A stretch of DNA of 63,842 nt, filler included, from Octopus bimaculoides (Eukaryota): NCBI RefSeq assembly GCF_001194135.2. It is 7 parts of 7 records of this genome, joined end to end, with 100 filler letters (N's around TTAATTAATTAA, not from the genome) between each part and the next. Parts side by side here need not be neighbours in the genome. Positions count along the whole stretch, not along the records: positions 1 to 24,971 come from NC_068981.1; positions 25,072 to 34,737 come from NC_068982.1; 5 more parts are not named here. One strand, 5' to 3'. The notes beneath the pieces were generated by a model. That model saw nothing but the letters and a program-made list of their open reading frames with translations. It did no database searches and was not told the origin of the DNA. Below are positions 13,700 through 26,344 of the stretch, piece after piece. The first letter of the stretch is position 1, and every line of letters begins with the position of its first letter. The position numbers and the translations under genes were made by a program.

Positions 13700-13866
13700 C
13701 AAGTTACTTGGCAATCCTGCTGGTGTTGGTGCCATGTTAAAAGCACCCAGTACACTCTGTAAAGTAGTTGATGTTAGGAAGGACATCCAGCTGTAGAAAC
13801 CATGCCAAAGCAGACATGCCAGCATCCAACCCATGCCAGCATGGACAATGAACGTTAAATGATGAC
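13700..13866 (+). mobile_element. RTE 3' tail (second subfamily)
   Basis: aaagcacccagtacactctgtaaag...catccagctgtagaaac...cccatgccagcatgg...gatga. Confidence 0.8.
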
Positions 13867-13891
13867 ACACACACACACACACACACATACA

Positions 13892-14054
13892 ACTAGCTTC
13901 ATCACAGTTTCCATTGACCAAATTTACTCAAAAGGCATTGGTCAGCCTGTGGCTATAGTGGAAGACACTTTGCTCAAGGTGCCTTTCAATGGGACTGAAC
14001 CTGAAACCATTTGGCTACAAAGTGATCTTAACCACACAGCCATGCTTGCACCTA
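13892..14054 (-). mobile_element. SINE family A
   Basis: Reverse complement of the family A head and body. Confidence 0.8.
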
Positions 14055-14661
14055 TAAATTTTGTCTCTTCTATTTTAACTGTTCTACTTTACCTCCACAA
14101 GAATCTCATTGGTTTCATAGATAATTTCCCAGCCACTGAGTTTTGTTCATTGGTTCATTCATTTTATGTCAGTTTTTTCCATGCTGTCATGGGTAAGATG
14201 CATATACATATTACTGAGGTATTGTTCTATAGCTGGATGCTATTCCTGTTACTAACACCTTATCTGTTTTACAAGTAAAATTGTTTTCTATGGCTGCATG
14301 GTTAAGATGTTTGCTTCCCAACTATCTGGCTGAGAAGCAAACATCTTAAAGTGGATACACTATGACACTGCAGTTGTTTACTCTTCTGCAATCCATTGTG
14401 CTACAGATATTCTGTGATTAATTAATTAAACAGCAGTCTAAGTCGCTGAATTGATTTAAAAAAATATTGGTTGTATTTTTAATTGAGGACAAAAGCATAG
14501 CAGATTGATGATACAGAGAAAGAGAGAGTAAGATAAATAATGTGTCTATATTTGCACATGAACATATACTGGGTGGTACCTTGGGCAAGTGTTTCCTACT
14601 ATAGCTTTGGGTCAACCAAAGTCTTGTGAATGGAATTGGTACATGGAAACTAAAAGAAGCC

Positions 14662-14702
<41 letters not shown>

Positions 14703-14871
14703 TTTGTGTTGACATCACATGATGGTTGTAAACAAATGTGTTCATTTCTAGTTTTCTGTAAAAATTGCTGGACATGGAAAATACAACTTTGCTTGGAAAC
14801 AGGTGAGGGTTGGCAGCAGGCAGTGCATCCAGTTGTAGAAAATATACCTCAACAAATTCTGTCTAACTCAT

Positions 14872-15965
14872 GATCGTTTAATGTCTGTTTTCCAAACTGG
14901 TATAGGTTGGATGCTTTGACTGGGGTCTGGCAAGCCAGGAGGCTACACCAGACTCCAATCTGATCTGGCAAGATTTCTACAGCTGCATACCCTTCCTAAC
15001 ATCAACCACTCCAAGAGTGTAGTGGGTGCTTTTTACATGCAACTGGCATGGGAGCCAGTAGGGGTGGGGGAATGGCATCGACCATGTTCAGATGGTGCTT
15101 TTTACATGTCACTGGCAGTCAGGTGGCACTGGCATCGACCCACACATGAATGGTGTTTACTGCATGTCACCAGCACAGAAGCCAGTCAGGCAGCACTGGC
15201 ATCGGCCACAACTACAAATTCTATTTTGATTTCAATTTGATTGAGATTCTGATTGTGATTTTGATTTTATATTTTACTTGACTCAATAAGTTTCCACGAG
15301 CACGGCGTGTCACCTGACGATTCAAAGGTACTTTTTAAATGGGCTGGTTATGTGACACCGGTATAGGCTATGACTGTGATCTCACTTTACTTGCCAAGTC
15401 TTCTCAATCACAGCATATCCCCAGAGGTCTCAGTCTCTTGTCATTGTCTCTGTGAGGCCCAATGTTCGAAGATTGTGCTTCACCGCCTCATTCCATATCT
15501 TCCTCGGTCTCCCTCTTCAACGGGTTCCTTCTACTATTAGGGAGTGACACTTCTTCACACAGCTGTCCTCATCCATATGCAGCACATGACCATACCAGCA
15601 CAGTTGTCTCTCTTGCACACCACATCTGATGCTTCTTATGTCCAACGTTTCTTTCAGGGTGCTTACACTCTGTCGTGTATGCACACTGACATTACACATC
15701 CAGTGGATCATACTAGCTTCATTTCTTTCAAGCCTACGTATGTCCTCAACACTCATGGCCCATGTTTCACTGCTGGTAGCAAGACAGTTCACACGCATGC
15801 ATCATATAGTCTATCTTTCACTCTGAGTGAGAGGCCCTATGTCACCAGCAGAGGTAGGAGCTTTCTGAACTTTGCCTGAGCTATTCTTATTCTAGTGGCA
15901 ACACTCTCAGCATTCACTCCAACTACAGACTTGGTCACCTAGCTAGTGGAAGCTATAGAGGTTTA
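14872..15965 (-). mobile_element. 5'-truncated RTE LINE (ORF C-terminus plus 3'UTR)
   Basis: SETWAMSVEDIRRLERNEASMIHWMCNV...LCWYGHVLHMDEDSCVKKCHSLIVEGTR.RGRPRKIW is a typical RTE C-terminus. Confidence 0.92.
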
Positions 15966-16021
15966 TCTTTGGCTAGGTATTCCTCCTGCAGTTGCCTTGC
16001 CAGAAATATAGCATCAGTGGT

Positions 16022-16806
16022 GCTTCTACCTGGCACAAAACCCTAGTGGTTGAGGGAACCTGTGGAAGAGGTAGACTCAGGAAGACCTGGGATGAGGTGG
16101 TGAAGCACGGCCTTCGAACATTAGGCCTCACTGAGGCAATGACTAGTGACTGAGACCTTTGGAAATATGAAGTGCTTGAGAAGACCCGGCAAGCCAAGTG
16201 AGACCATAATCCGTGGCCTATGCCAGTGGTGTAACCAGCCCACTTATGCGTACCTTTCCTTCATTGGACACTAAACTCTGCTTGCAAAGACCTATTGGGG
16301 CAAGTGAAATCGAAATTAAATTTGATGACAGCACCGCATGACTGGCATCCATACTACTGGAGTGCTAACAGCACCAACCAAGTGTGATCATTGCCAGGGC
16401 CCCTGACTGGCTCCCGTGTCGGTGGCACATAAAAAGTACCATTCGAGTGTGATCATTACCAGTGTTGCCTTACTGGCACTTATACTGGTGGCACGTGAAA
16501 AACAACATTTGAGCGAGGTCGTTGTCAGTGCCACTAGACTGGCTCCTAAGCAGGTGACACATAAAAAATACCATTTGAGTGTGGCTGTTGCCAGTACTGC
16601 CTAACTGGCCCTCATGCTGGTGGCACATAAAAGCACCCACTACACTCTCGGAGTGGTTGGCATTAGGAAGGGCATCCAGCTGTAGAAACTCTGCCAGATC
16701 AGATTGGAGCCTGGTGCAGCCATCTGGTTCGCCAGCTCTCAGTCAAATCGTCCAACCCATGCCACCATGGAAAGCGGACATTAAACGATGATGATGATGA
16801 TGACAA
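16022..16806 (+). mobile_element. 5'-truncated RTE LINE (last codons plus 3'UTR plus (GAT)n)
   Basis: VEGTCGRGRLRKTWDEVVKHGLRTLGLTEAMTS followed by the full UTR. Confidence 0.92.
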
Positions 16807-16904
16807 CAGGTTCTTTTCAGTTTCTGTCTACCAAATCCACTCACTGGGCCTATAGTAGAAGACACTTGCCCTAGGTGCCACGCAGTGGGACTGAACCCAG
16901 AATA

Positions 16905-17176
16905 GTCGTCGTCGTTGTCGTTTAAACGTCCGCTTTCCATGCTAGCATGGGTTGGACGATTTGACTGAGGACTGGTGAAACCAGATGGCTACACCAGGCT
17001 CCAATCTGATTTGGCAGAGTTTCTACAGCTGGATGCCCTTCCTAACGCCAACCACTCAGAGAGTGTAGTGGGTGCTTTTGCGTGCCACCGGCACAAAGGC
17101 CAGTCAGGCGGTACTGGCAACAGCCACGCTCAAAATGGTGTATTTTATGTGCCACCCGCACAAGAGCCAGTCCAGG
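16905..17176 (-). mobile_element. RTE 3' tail, young copy
   Basis: About 90% identical by eye to the reverse complement of 16620-16800. Confidence 0.92.
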
Positions 17177-19031
17177 TAAATCAAATTAATACATTTGTTA
17201 ATGTTATCTAGTGGTTGTCTTTAGAGATGCGACATTGATCGTTGTTTGTTACAGAAAAAACGCTGGTTCACATACTTCCCTTGTACATGCACATACATAC
17301 ACACATATACTCACACAGAGTTGAAACTCTGTTTGATTTTCCTTTTCAGCATTGAATGTTCACCATCCCACTTCCATTGCACACACACAAACTTTCACAT
17401 ACCTCCCTTTTACATACACACACATATACTCACACAGAGTTGAAATGCAGTTTTGATTTCTTTTTCACTGTAGAACTTCCATCATTCGACTACCAAATTT
17501 GCCATCACTCCTTCCTTCCTTATTCATCTATCACCCCTTCCTTTCTCATTCATATGTTGTGGCAAAGAAAAACACAAGAGTATTATTATAGTAGATTATT
17601 TATCTTTCCCTCCTTTTTTTTCCTCTGTATCATCTACCTGCTATGCTGTTGTCCTCAGTTGAAAAGACACCCAGTTGTTTTCTTCACTCAAATCTGCAAT
17701 TAAGACTGCTGTTTGCTTAATTCGGCACAAAATATCTGTAGCACAGCAGGTGACAATTTGCAGTGTGACATTATATTCACTCTAAGAAACATAAATAAGT
17801 TTTGAGACATATTTTTCAAATATTAAACATATAGGATGTTTTGTCATTGGTGGTCAGTTAATAATGGAGTGGATTGTGGAGGGAATCATATGGATGAATA
17901 TTATAGCTTGGATATTGTGGTGTAATGGGGGTGATCTGATAGCAGTGAAGGGAGACATTTGGGATAAGGCACTGGGAGTGAAGGAAGAAGTGATGTCATG
18001 TAATGAAGTTGACTTTCTTGGATGAGAAACCAGGGTCAACAGATGTGTATAGGAAGTCCTGGTGTAAACTGTAGATTCTGGCCAGGAGGTGTGGGTTAGT
18101 AAAAGTGTATGGGGTTGTACAGCCAAGTTCCAGTCAGAGTGTTAAGCAGTTTTCCCCTTTTTGAAGTTTGTTTTGCTAGCTCAAGGAAAAAGCCATTATT
18201 TTTCTATACTTCATACTACAGATATGCAAACTTCTGTCTTTTCTGAGGCCATGCTATATGAGAAAAGCCAAAGGGTGGATCTGCTAAATAGTCATTTGAC
18301 TTGCAAGAAATAGCAGTTATGTCTCTCTCAAATCCAACTCAATTGTTTTGAAAAGGGAAGGCCATATTGAAATAATATGATCCTAGTAATCAATTAAAAA
18401 AAGATGGAAGTAGTAATGGCTAAAACACCCTTGAACTTAGGTCTGCATATTTAATGCTAAATTGAGGCTAAACAAAAACTGCAATAGCAGTAACTGTTTA
18501 GAACAAGTGATGTTTATGTGGTCAATTTGGATTGTTTTGTATGGTTGAATATTTACACTCTGGTTGCATTAGAGTAGTGAAGGGGACCCAATTAATGCAT
18601 AACTGTCCTACCAACTTCTTTGGGTTCCAGTGGAGCCAGTTTGCTATTAAGTACAGAGAATTCAGATTTAATGTGACTAGCTATTAAATGTTATGGTTCT
18701 TTTACTGTACATGCAAGTATTTGGTTTCATTTGTCAAATTAGGACGGAAATGATAAAATAATGCGAAAATGTTGTTCTCGTGTGATGTTAACATGTTCAG
18801 ATTTTTGTAGCTAGTCACACATATATATAGTGGCTGGGCGTGTGTGTTGAGTTATATGGGCTGAAAATAACACTAGATCCTTTTTCATGATGTTTCACAT
18901 ACTTAATGTATTAAGTAAAATCTTTGCAAACCACATATTGATCACTGTACATATTTCAGTTTGGTCCTTATTTTATTAATCTCTGTTTATTGCATAGCTA
19001 TTTACCTTTCTCTTTATAGAATAGCTTATTT

Positions 19032-19352
19032 CAGGGGTTCTCAACCATCTTTTTTTACTTATTTGATTACTATTTTATTCTGGTGGACCCCATAACTTCT
19101 TAATGGTTAAAAACTAGTTTTATAGATACTTCTTTCAAAATTTCTATTTCATTTTTCACACTTTAACTTGCGTAGAGAAAGAAACGTAGCTGTTTCTTGC
19201 AATACACACCAATACATCCATCTAAAGCAGAAATTTTTCAGGGGCCCTTAAAATACTAATGTGGATCCCTAATTTACTACTTTGTTTCATGGACCCCCAA
19301 AGATCTTATATGGATTCTCAGAGACCATATGGACCCTGGTTGAAAACCACTG
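19032..19352. mobile_element. hAT-type MITE
   Basis: TIRs CAGGGGTTCTCAACC / GGTTGAAAACCACTG; direct repeat CTTATTT at 19025-19031 and 19353-19359. Confidence 0.85.
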
Positions 19353-20477
19353 CTTATTTGAAACACTGCTTTACAATGGCAACACACACACACACACACA
19401 CATATATGTGACGAGCTTCTGTGCAGTTTCCATCAATCAAATTTCACTCAGAAGGCATTTAATTATACATGGAAAGTTGGTTAAAATTCCCTTTCAATTT
19501 GAATGAATAAAAAAATAGAAACAAAACAATAAGACAGGTAATATTTCAAATTATGCAGGTTTATTATTGAAGCATACATGGATTATGTTTATTGATGCTG
19601 ATGTTTAAGGTATCTTGCTGGATCAGTCTGGAGTCAGGATTTCAAGTGACATCTTCTGGAATGTTTTGCTGAAACACATTGGTAGCTTGGGCTGTTGACG
19701 AAAAGAACTCAAAGAGGAAATTGAGCAAGAATATAGTGCATAGATTCATTAAAAATATTCAAGAGACCTTGAACAAGTGATAGTTAAATTAGTGTTAACG
19801 CATTTAATGAAAGAAGAATTAACAAACAATTTTGGAAATTATGCAGTGAGGAAAAACTATTAATTGATACTTAACATCATTTTCATTTTTTTGCAGCAGG
19901 AACAGAAAACAACTTTGGTTTTGGTATTATTCTACATATAACTTAACTACTGTGTTTCATGAAGATGGCATCTCTTAGTTCTACACTGTCTTGAACAAGT
20001 AAGTTAAAGAAACTAATATTTCTCTCAATTACTAAATAATATTTCAGAGGTATACTTGCAAGACAATTGATTTCATCTGAGAGTGAGTGATGAAAATAAA
20101 ATGATTGCAGCATGAAAGGTACATATTAGCCATTCAAAAAAACACGCAAAGACTGTTAACTTGATTTAAACATTTATTATTTGGTGTCAATATTTTCATC
20201 ACACCAACTGATACCTGGTCACTGACACCAAATAATAAACGTTCAAGTGAAGTGAAGTGTTGGTGTATTTTTGAATAGTTAATATATATCTTCTGCAATG
20301 TACTAAATAGTATTTCTATAAAAGAATTATAATTCAAAACCAGAGTTAGTTAAGCTATACAAATATTTCTCTATTTTATAACAGGGGTGAAACAGCTTGT
20401 TTATATGAAACATGTTTAGAATTTGGTTATTAGTTGTAAAATTTGCTGGAGCATTATGAACCTGTATATGAACCTAA

Positions 20478-20708
20478 CAAATCCGATCCTGAATTAAGAA
20501 ACTTGTATATTGCTAGCACATATTAAATTATCTCAGATTACTATAAAACTAATGTCACTGAGTTTATATCAATGATCAAAAGTTCAGTGTATAAAATTGT
20601 CCTTAATGTAGGACATAGATACTTCTGAAGTTGATGGCAAGAATTGGGTTGATAATGGCTGTGCCTGTAGTATATATATAGTGATATGTAGTACTCAGAA
20701 TATAGACA
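20478..20708. repeat. ~220-bp direct repeat, copy 1 (copy 2 at 21657-21880)
   Basis: Shared blocks gaattaagaaacttgtatattgct, cagattact.taaaactaatg and atagtgatatgtagtactcag. Confidence 0.9.
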
Positions 20709-20789
20709 GTTAGAAATAGGTCTAAAAGAGTCTGTTATTTTGATGCTGTTGACGTTAACAGTTAAAAAAGGTTACCTTATTAAAGCTGC

Positions 20790-21015
20790 TGGTAAGGTGG
20801 TGAACTGGCAGAATTGTTAGCAAATTGGACAGATTTCTTTGTAGCACTTCTTAGTTCTTTACATTCTAGTTTCAAATGCTGCTAGATTGACTTTGTCTTT
20901 TAGCCTTTCAGAGTTGATAAAATAAGTAACAGTCAAGTACTGGGGATGAGGTGGGGGTGATGCGATCAACTTGCCTCCTCCCCTCAAATTTGCTGGCCTT
21001 GTGCTAAAAACTAGA
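20790..21015 (+). mobile_element. SINE family B, degenerate
   Basis: ggtggtgaactggcagaattgttagc...gataaaataagta...gtgcta. Confidence 0.75.
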
Positions 21016-21968
21016 GTTATTAAAATTGTCAGTCAAAGCTAAGACTATTCCTCCCAGTTGTCTTGTGGGTCTAGAACATCTACAGAGCTGTCTAACACGT
21101 GGAAGGAATACAATGGATAGACTATTTTTCTTCTATTGTCTTCTCTACATAAACATAAAACATCTGATAATTATGTTGAACAGCAATGGTAATCAATAAG
21201 AAAGTCTCTATATGGCCACTCAGCTTGCTAGAAAAAACAGTCAAATCTTCCTCAAATTGCAATACATTACTATCTTAAAAACTAGAGGACATTGGATAAT
21301 GGCCACAGGTATAACTTCAATTCTAGATATACTGGATCAGGTCTAACCTGGAGTTAAACAACAAGAAGTAGAAGAACTGAGATTTGTAATTATATATTCT
21401 TTTGAGAAACAAATGAAATACCTGTAGCAAATTTGAACACATGGCACAACCTGGTATTCCTTAACTTCTTCCATCAGCATTTTGTCAATTCTAAAGACTG
21501 CTGTTGTTTAGCACTGATCAAACAGGCTTATTGAGCTAAGGCGTTCTGGCCATAACTAACCTGCTTTTTCCCTCTTTTCATAACATACTCTGAACTACAT
21601 CAGCTAATGTGTATTATTTTTAAGGTGGTAGCATGTGATTTGAAAGAGATTTAGCCATAATCCAATATTGAATTAAGAAACTTGTATATTGCTGGCACAT
21701 TTTAAATTGTATCAGATTACTGTAAAACTAATGTTACTGAATATTGAACAAAAGTTGAGTGCATAAAATTGTCTTTAATGAGGGGCTATAGATACATGTG
21801 AAGTAGATGGTCAGAACAGGACAGATAACAGCAGTGCGAGCAGTACAGGTATAGTGATATGTAGTACTCAGGCTATAGAAGGTTCATCATTAGCCCATGG
21901 TTCTATACAAGTGCCGCGATATAATGCATTAAACTATTGTGTGGATGTGTGTGTGTGCTTCACCTTAA

Positions 21969-22214
21969 CCCTTTTGATACCAATCTACCTGAGACCACAC
22001 ATGGCCCTATAATACAGACATTTTGCTTTAAAATGAATTAAATTAAAACCTTCCATCAAAATTTCATGTAAGCTTACATTCCAAATACCAACTTAATAAC
22101 CCTTTCTACTATAGGCACAAGGCCTGAAACTTGGCAGGGGAGAGGACTAGTTAATTACATCAACTCCAGTGTTTCACTGGTACTTAATTTATTGAACCCA
22201 AAAGGATGAAAGGC

Positions 22215-22256
<42 letters not shown>

Positions 22257-22455
22257 NNNNNNNNNNCATATATACTTGACGGAATTTGAACTCAGAACGT
22301 AACAGCAGATGAAACACCACTAAGCATTTCACCTGGCATGCTAACAATTCTGTCAGCTCACCACTTTAAAATACCAACTTAATAACGATAGTAATTTTAA
22401 AAAATTAAGTGGAGCAACTGCAGTGCATTTCAACAGAATTACGTTCACAAAAGGG
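21969..22455. mobile_element. piggyBac-type MITE with nested SINE B
   Basis: TTAA at 21965-68 and 22456-59; TIR CCCTTTTG/CAAAAGGG; nested SINE B 22101-22368 with 18-bp TSD AAATACCAACTTAATAAC (22083-22100, 22369-22386). Confidence 0.8.
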
Positions 22456-24747
22456 TTAAATGTAAAACAGAGTTTGTGATAACTTAAACACTGACCATTT
22501 TATTGCATAGCTATTTCTGTTTCATCTGTAGAATAGATCACAATGTGTTAGTAATATTTTTCCAGAATTACATAATGGGGCTGTTCTTATTGTGAAGGTG
22601 GTAATGGTTTCAATTAGTCACAAGTTTGAGATAGACAATCAACTACTAGAAAACTTCTCTTGATTAGCGATGTTCTCAGGTAAAAATAAAAATTCATTGC
22701 AAGAAGTTAAGGTTAATGTAGATTATTGCTACATGAAATTAAGTCTTAAAATTTTCATTGCATGAAGTGAAGTAAGAGAGAAAATGGCATTAATTAGCTC
22801 CAAGCTGTCCGCATTTCCTTGACTGTTGCACTTCAATAACTAGCCTTTTACACGAGACACTGAGCTCTGTAACTGTTTCTTGTGTAATTCAATGAGCACC
22901 AGCTGATTGCAGTAACTAGAGGGCAAGAAATCAATCAAGAAATAGGCAGACCTGAAAAGACCTGAAATTAGTAGACCCAAAGCATGGCAACAGAACAAAC
23001 AGCAACAATAAAAACTAAAAATACAAAACTGTGCCAATAAAAACAGTACATTTTGTTTGTTGATTGATATGGGTGAGGTCATGTGTAAATTTGTTTTAGA
23101 TAAATTTTCATTATTAGTATGTATGAAAAAGTTTTTCAGAAAAGACTTGTTAACTTATTTCTGTGTGTATGTGTGATCTTTTTTAATTTAAATTTTTTTT
23201 TTTTGCAAAAAAAAGTGTAAGCAAATAAACATTAAAAAAAAAATGAATTTCAATTGGAGGCAGGCTTTAGTCTTCATTCATTGTTAGGTGTCATATATGT
23301 AATTTCTGACAAGGATTGAACTCACAAACATTTATTGCACATGTATTTGTTACATAATTCTGATGCTCTTATCCACTAGCTCTTAGCTACTGTGAAGTAA
23401 CAGATGAGAAAACTATATATAGAATAAATTAATAAATAAACAAATAAAGATCTGCTTGAAATAATAGTTTAGGAGTTCAGTCCTGGCTTCAACAACTGTA
23501 TACATACATATATATCTACCACTTCATCATCCACAGAAACTAAAAGATTAAATACTCTGAAATATGGTGTTTTAAAGAGAAAGAAAGAAAAGAGGCAAAA
23601 AAAGAAGGTAGGCTGACAAATAAAGAAAAAATTTTTTCAAATCTGTTCTAAATCAATTTACAGTAGCAGGCCTTGATATTTTGGTTGTTGGTGAACACTT
23701 ATTGGTAGCTGAAAAGAAATATTAGAAATTTTTTTTGAAATTAATAATGATGGGCGAGACACCAGACTAAATGGTTTACAAGTTTTATTGCATCCAAATT
23801 TCCCTATGAAATGATAAAGCAAGTACCTTTAATATACTGTTTGTCAGTTCAGTCTCTTTAACCTGTTCTCAAGAAAAGGAAGCCTTTTGTTTAACGCTCA
23901 GTATGAAGAACATTTAGAATTTCAAACTCTAAATGAAAGAAATCAATAGATGAACATTTGAAAAATGAAACCAATATTCAAAAGTTTTGATTTAAAATTT
24001 TAAATTAAAAACAAAATCAATATTACCAACATTTAGAATTTAAATTCTAAATGTTCATAAATTTAATGTGAGCATTAAAATTCCAAATATTCAATATTAG
24101 GGCTATTTAAAATTTTAATTATAATTTAATAATAAAAAATATATTTAATTTAAACATTAAAATTCCAAATATTCACTATTAAAGATATTTAAAATCTTAA
24201 TTATAAATCTTATTAATATGGATTTTATTTCATGAAGGCACAAGACCACACTTCATCAATATATAATTTTAAAACTAAAAACAAAAAGCAGAAAAAAAAA
24301 ACAGGAAAAAAATCAAAATTAAAACAAAAACAAAAAAATTATACTGAATTCTAACTGAATCTTTGATAAATTCCCTGAAATCAGAAATTTAAGAATAAAC
24401 TAATTAAAAAAAAAATTATTCCATTACATTATTTTAATGACTCCTTAGTGATGTAAATAAGTGGGCATCACAAAGAAGAAGGATTCGCAGTTGGTTACCA
24501 GCAGTGGCAGTACTGTAAAATCCAAGAGTGTTTTGTCATTAACTTGCAATGTTTAGCTTATCTTTCTTCAAATGTGAATAGAAGGTGGGGAAGGGCTGCT
24601 TCCAGTGGCCTACACAGTTGGCTAATTGAGTTGATGATCAATTAGCAAGTTCTTCCAGTTGTGGATAGTTAACGTGATTGTGTGACTACACAGAAATGGC
24701 TGTGTCATTAGGTTTATTTAACCGTTTAGCATTTAAACTGACCATAT

Positions 24748-24920
24748 ATAGGTGCAGGTGTGGTTGTGTGGTGCTAAGAAGCTTACTTCTCAACTACATG
24801 GTTCTGGGTTCAGTCCTACTGCATAGCACTTTGGTCAAGTGTCTTCTACTATAACCTCAGGTAGATCAAAACCTTAGTAGTGAATTTGGTAGATGGAAAC
24901 TGAAAGAAGCCCATCATATA
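24748..24920 (+). mobile_element. SINE family A
   Basis: Family consensus followed by a TA microsatellite. Confidence 0.85.
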
Positions 24921-24971
24921 TATATATGTATATATATATATATATGTATGTATGTATATATATATATATAT

Positions 24972-25071
24972 NNNNNNNNNNNNNNNNNNNNNNNNNNNNN
25001 NNNNNNNNNNNNNNNTTAATTAATTAANNNNNNNNNNNNNNNNNNNNNNNNNNNNNNNNNNNNNNNNNNNN
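24972..25071. other. Assembly join linker (44 N + TTAATTAATTAA + 44 N). Identical linkers at 34738-34837, 42938-43037, 48055-48154, 51318-51417 and 62712-62811
   Basis: Exactly 100 bp each; the 12-mer has stop codons in all six frames. Confidence 0.97.
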
Positions 25072-25109
25072 GTGATTAGTAGCCCGCGCGCTTAATCATT
25101 ACGCCATAT

Positions 25110-25175
25110 GCTATTAACCCTAGGATTCTGAGTTCGATTCCAGGCAGTGACCTGAACAAAAGTAACAACAACAAC

Positions 25176-25240
<65 letters not shown>

Positions 25241-25400
25241 GATCGAAAATACCTTAGAAGTGAGAGCCCAGGTTCGAAATTTCCCCAAGACACCTGAAGA
25301 AGGCTGGAGGGTATATAAGCCGAAACGGTGTTAACAACAAACAAGATAAGGACACATATCCGTCAAATGTAAATGACGTAAATAATGTAAATAATGTAAT
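25110..25400 (+). mobile_element. SINE family D (tRNA head, (AAT)n linker, hammerhead-bearing tail), copy 1
   Basis: Collinear with 59258-59527. Confidence 0.88.
25289..25332 (+). ncRNA. Hammerhead ribozyme motif, predicted inactive
   Basis: CTGAAGA-A-GGCTG...AAGCC-GAAAC-G-GTGTT: stem II mismatch and loss of the UU of the GUU cleavage triplet relative to 59403-59448. Confidence 0.7.
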
Positions 25401-26296
25401 ATCCCTTGAAGTTTTACAGGATGCATAACGAAAGTTCGCGGCTGAAAATTTTGGCTAGTTTTCGAGATGCGACTGTGGCTATGTAATACATAAGTGATGA
25501 CAAGGAAGGGTTATGAGACATCGCAGGCTGATAACCTTATTGTGTAAGTATTAGTATGAGTAGACAAATATGTAAATCGATAGATAAAATGTTATCTCTC
25601 ATGAAATAGATCTTCTGAACTATTTCCCTGTTAGTACTGTCCAGAAAATTCTATCTGATCAAAATATTCTGACGTAAAGCGAGGGAAGTTAACTAATAAT
25701 ATATATTCGGCAATGCTACTAATTTTCTGGAGAAATGTGTTTTTAAATTTGAATGGTCATGTTGTCAATATAATCAAATGCATTGCATATCTTTATTATA
25801 AGCAGGTTCATTCGTGGTAGCGTGTTAAGTTTGTTTCCCACCCTTATAGTTACGGGTTCAATCCCACTAAGTGGAACCTTCGGTAAGTAGCTTTCATTAT
25901 AAGTTTAGACCAGCCAAATCTCTGTGAGTGGATTTGGTGAAACAAATTGAAAAGAAGCATGTCATGTGTATGCGTGTGCATCTGTTTGAATATATATATA
26001 GAGAGAGAGGGGTGAGAGAAAAAAGACAGAGAGGGGAGAGAAAGAAAGAAAGAGATAGATAGATAGATAGAGAGAGATAATGGCTAAGTTCAGTTGGGTG
26101 CGAAGTTGAGGTATATCCAGAGAAGCACTCAACCCGAATACTGGGCTATCAACTCTGCCGGGATCCAAGCCAATGCCGGAATATATCTGGAGAAGAGAAT
26201 CCAAGTTTCACGACATTTAACCCTTAGTCTGTATACATACATACATACACACATACACACACATACACACACACACACATACACACACACACACAC

Positions 26297-26344
<48 letters not shown>

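Noticed and set aside
14418-14429. TTAATTAATTAA without flanking Ns
   Set aside because: Probably a chance AT-rich occurrence; it lacks the 44-N arms of the linkers
17290-17450. ~118-bp tandem duplication (catacacacatatactcacacagagttgaaa)
   Set aside because: Simple local duplication in low-complexity sequence with no further structure
19601-19800. Plus-strand exon candidate ILLDQSGVRISSDIFWNVLLKHI
   Set aside because: Weak donor; the downstream ELKEEIEQEY...LEQVI with stops looks more like a very old Tc1/mariner transposase fossil; not supportable either way
23900-24420. Very AT-rich tract with internal near-repeats (possible origin, MAR or organellar insert)
   Set aside because: No mitochondrial gene or tRNA signature; composition alone is not evidence
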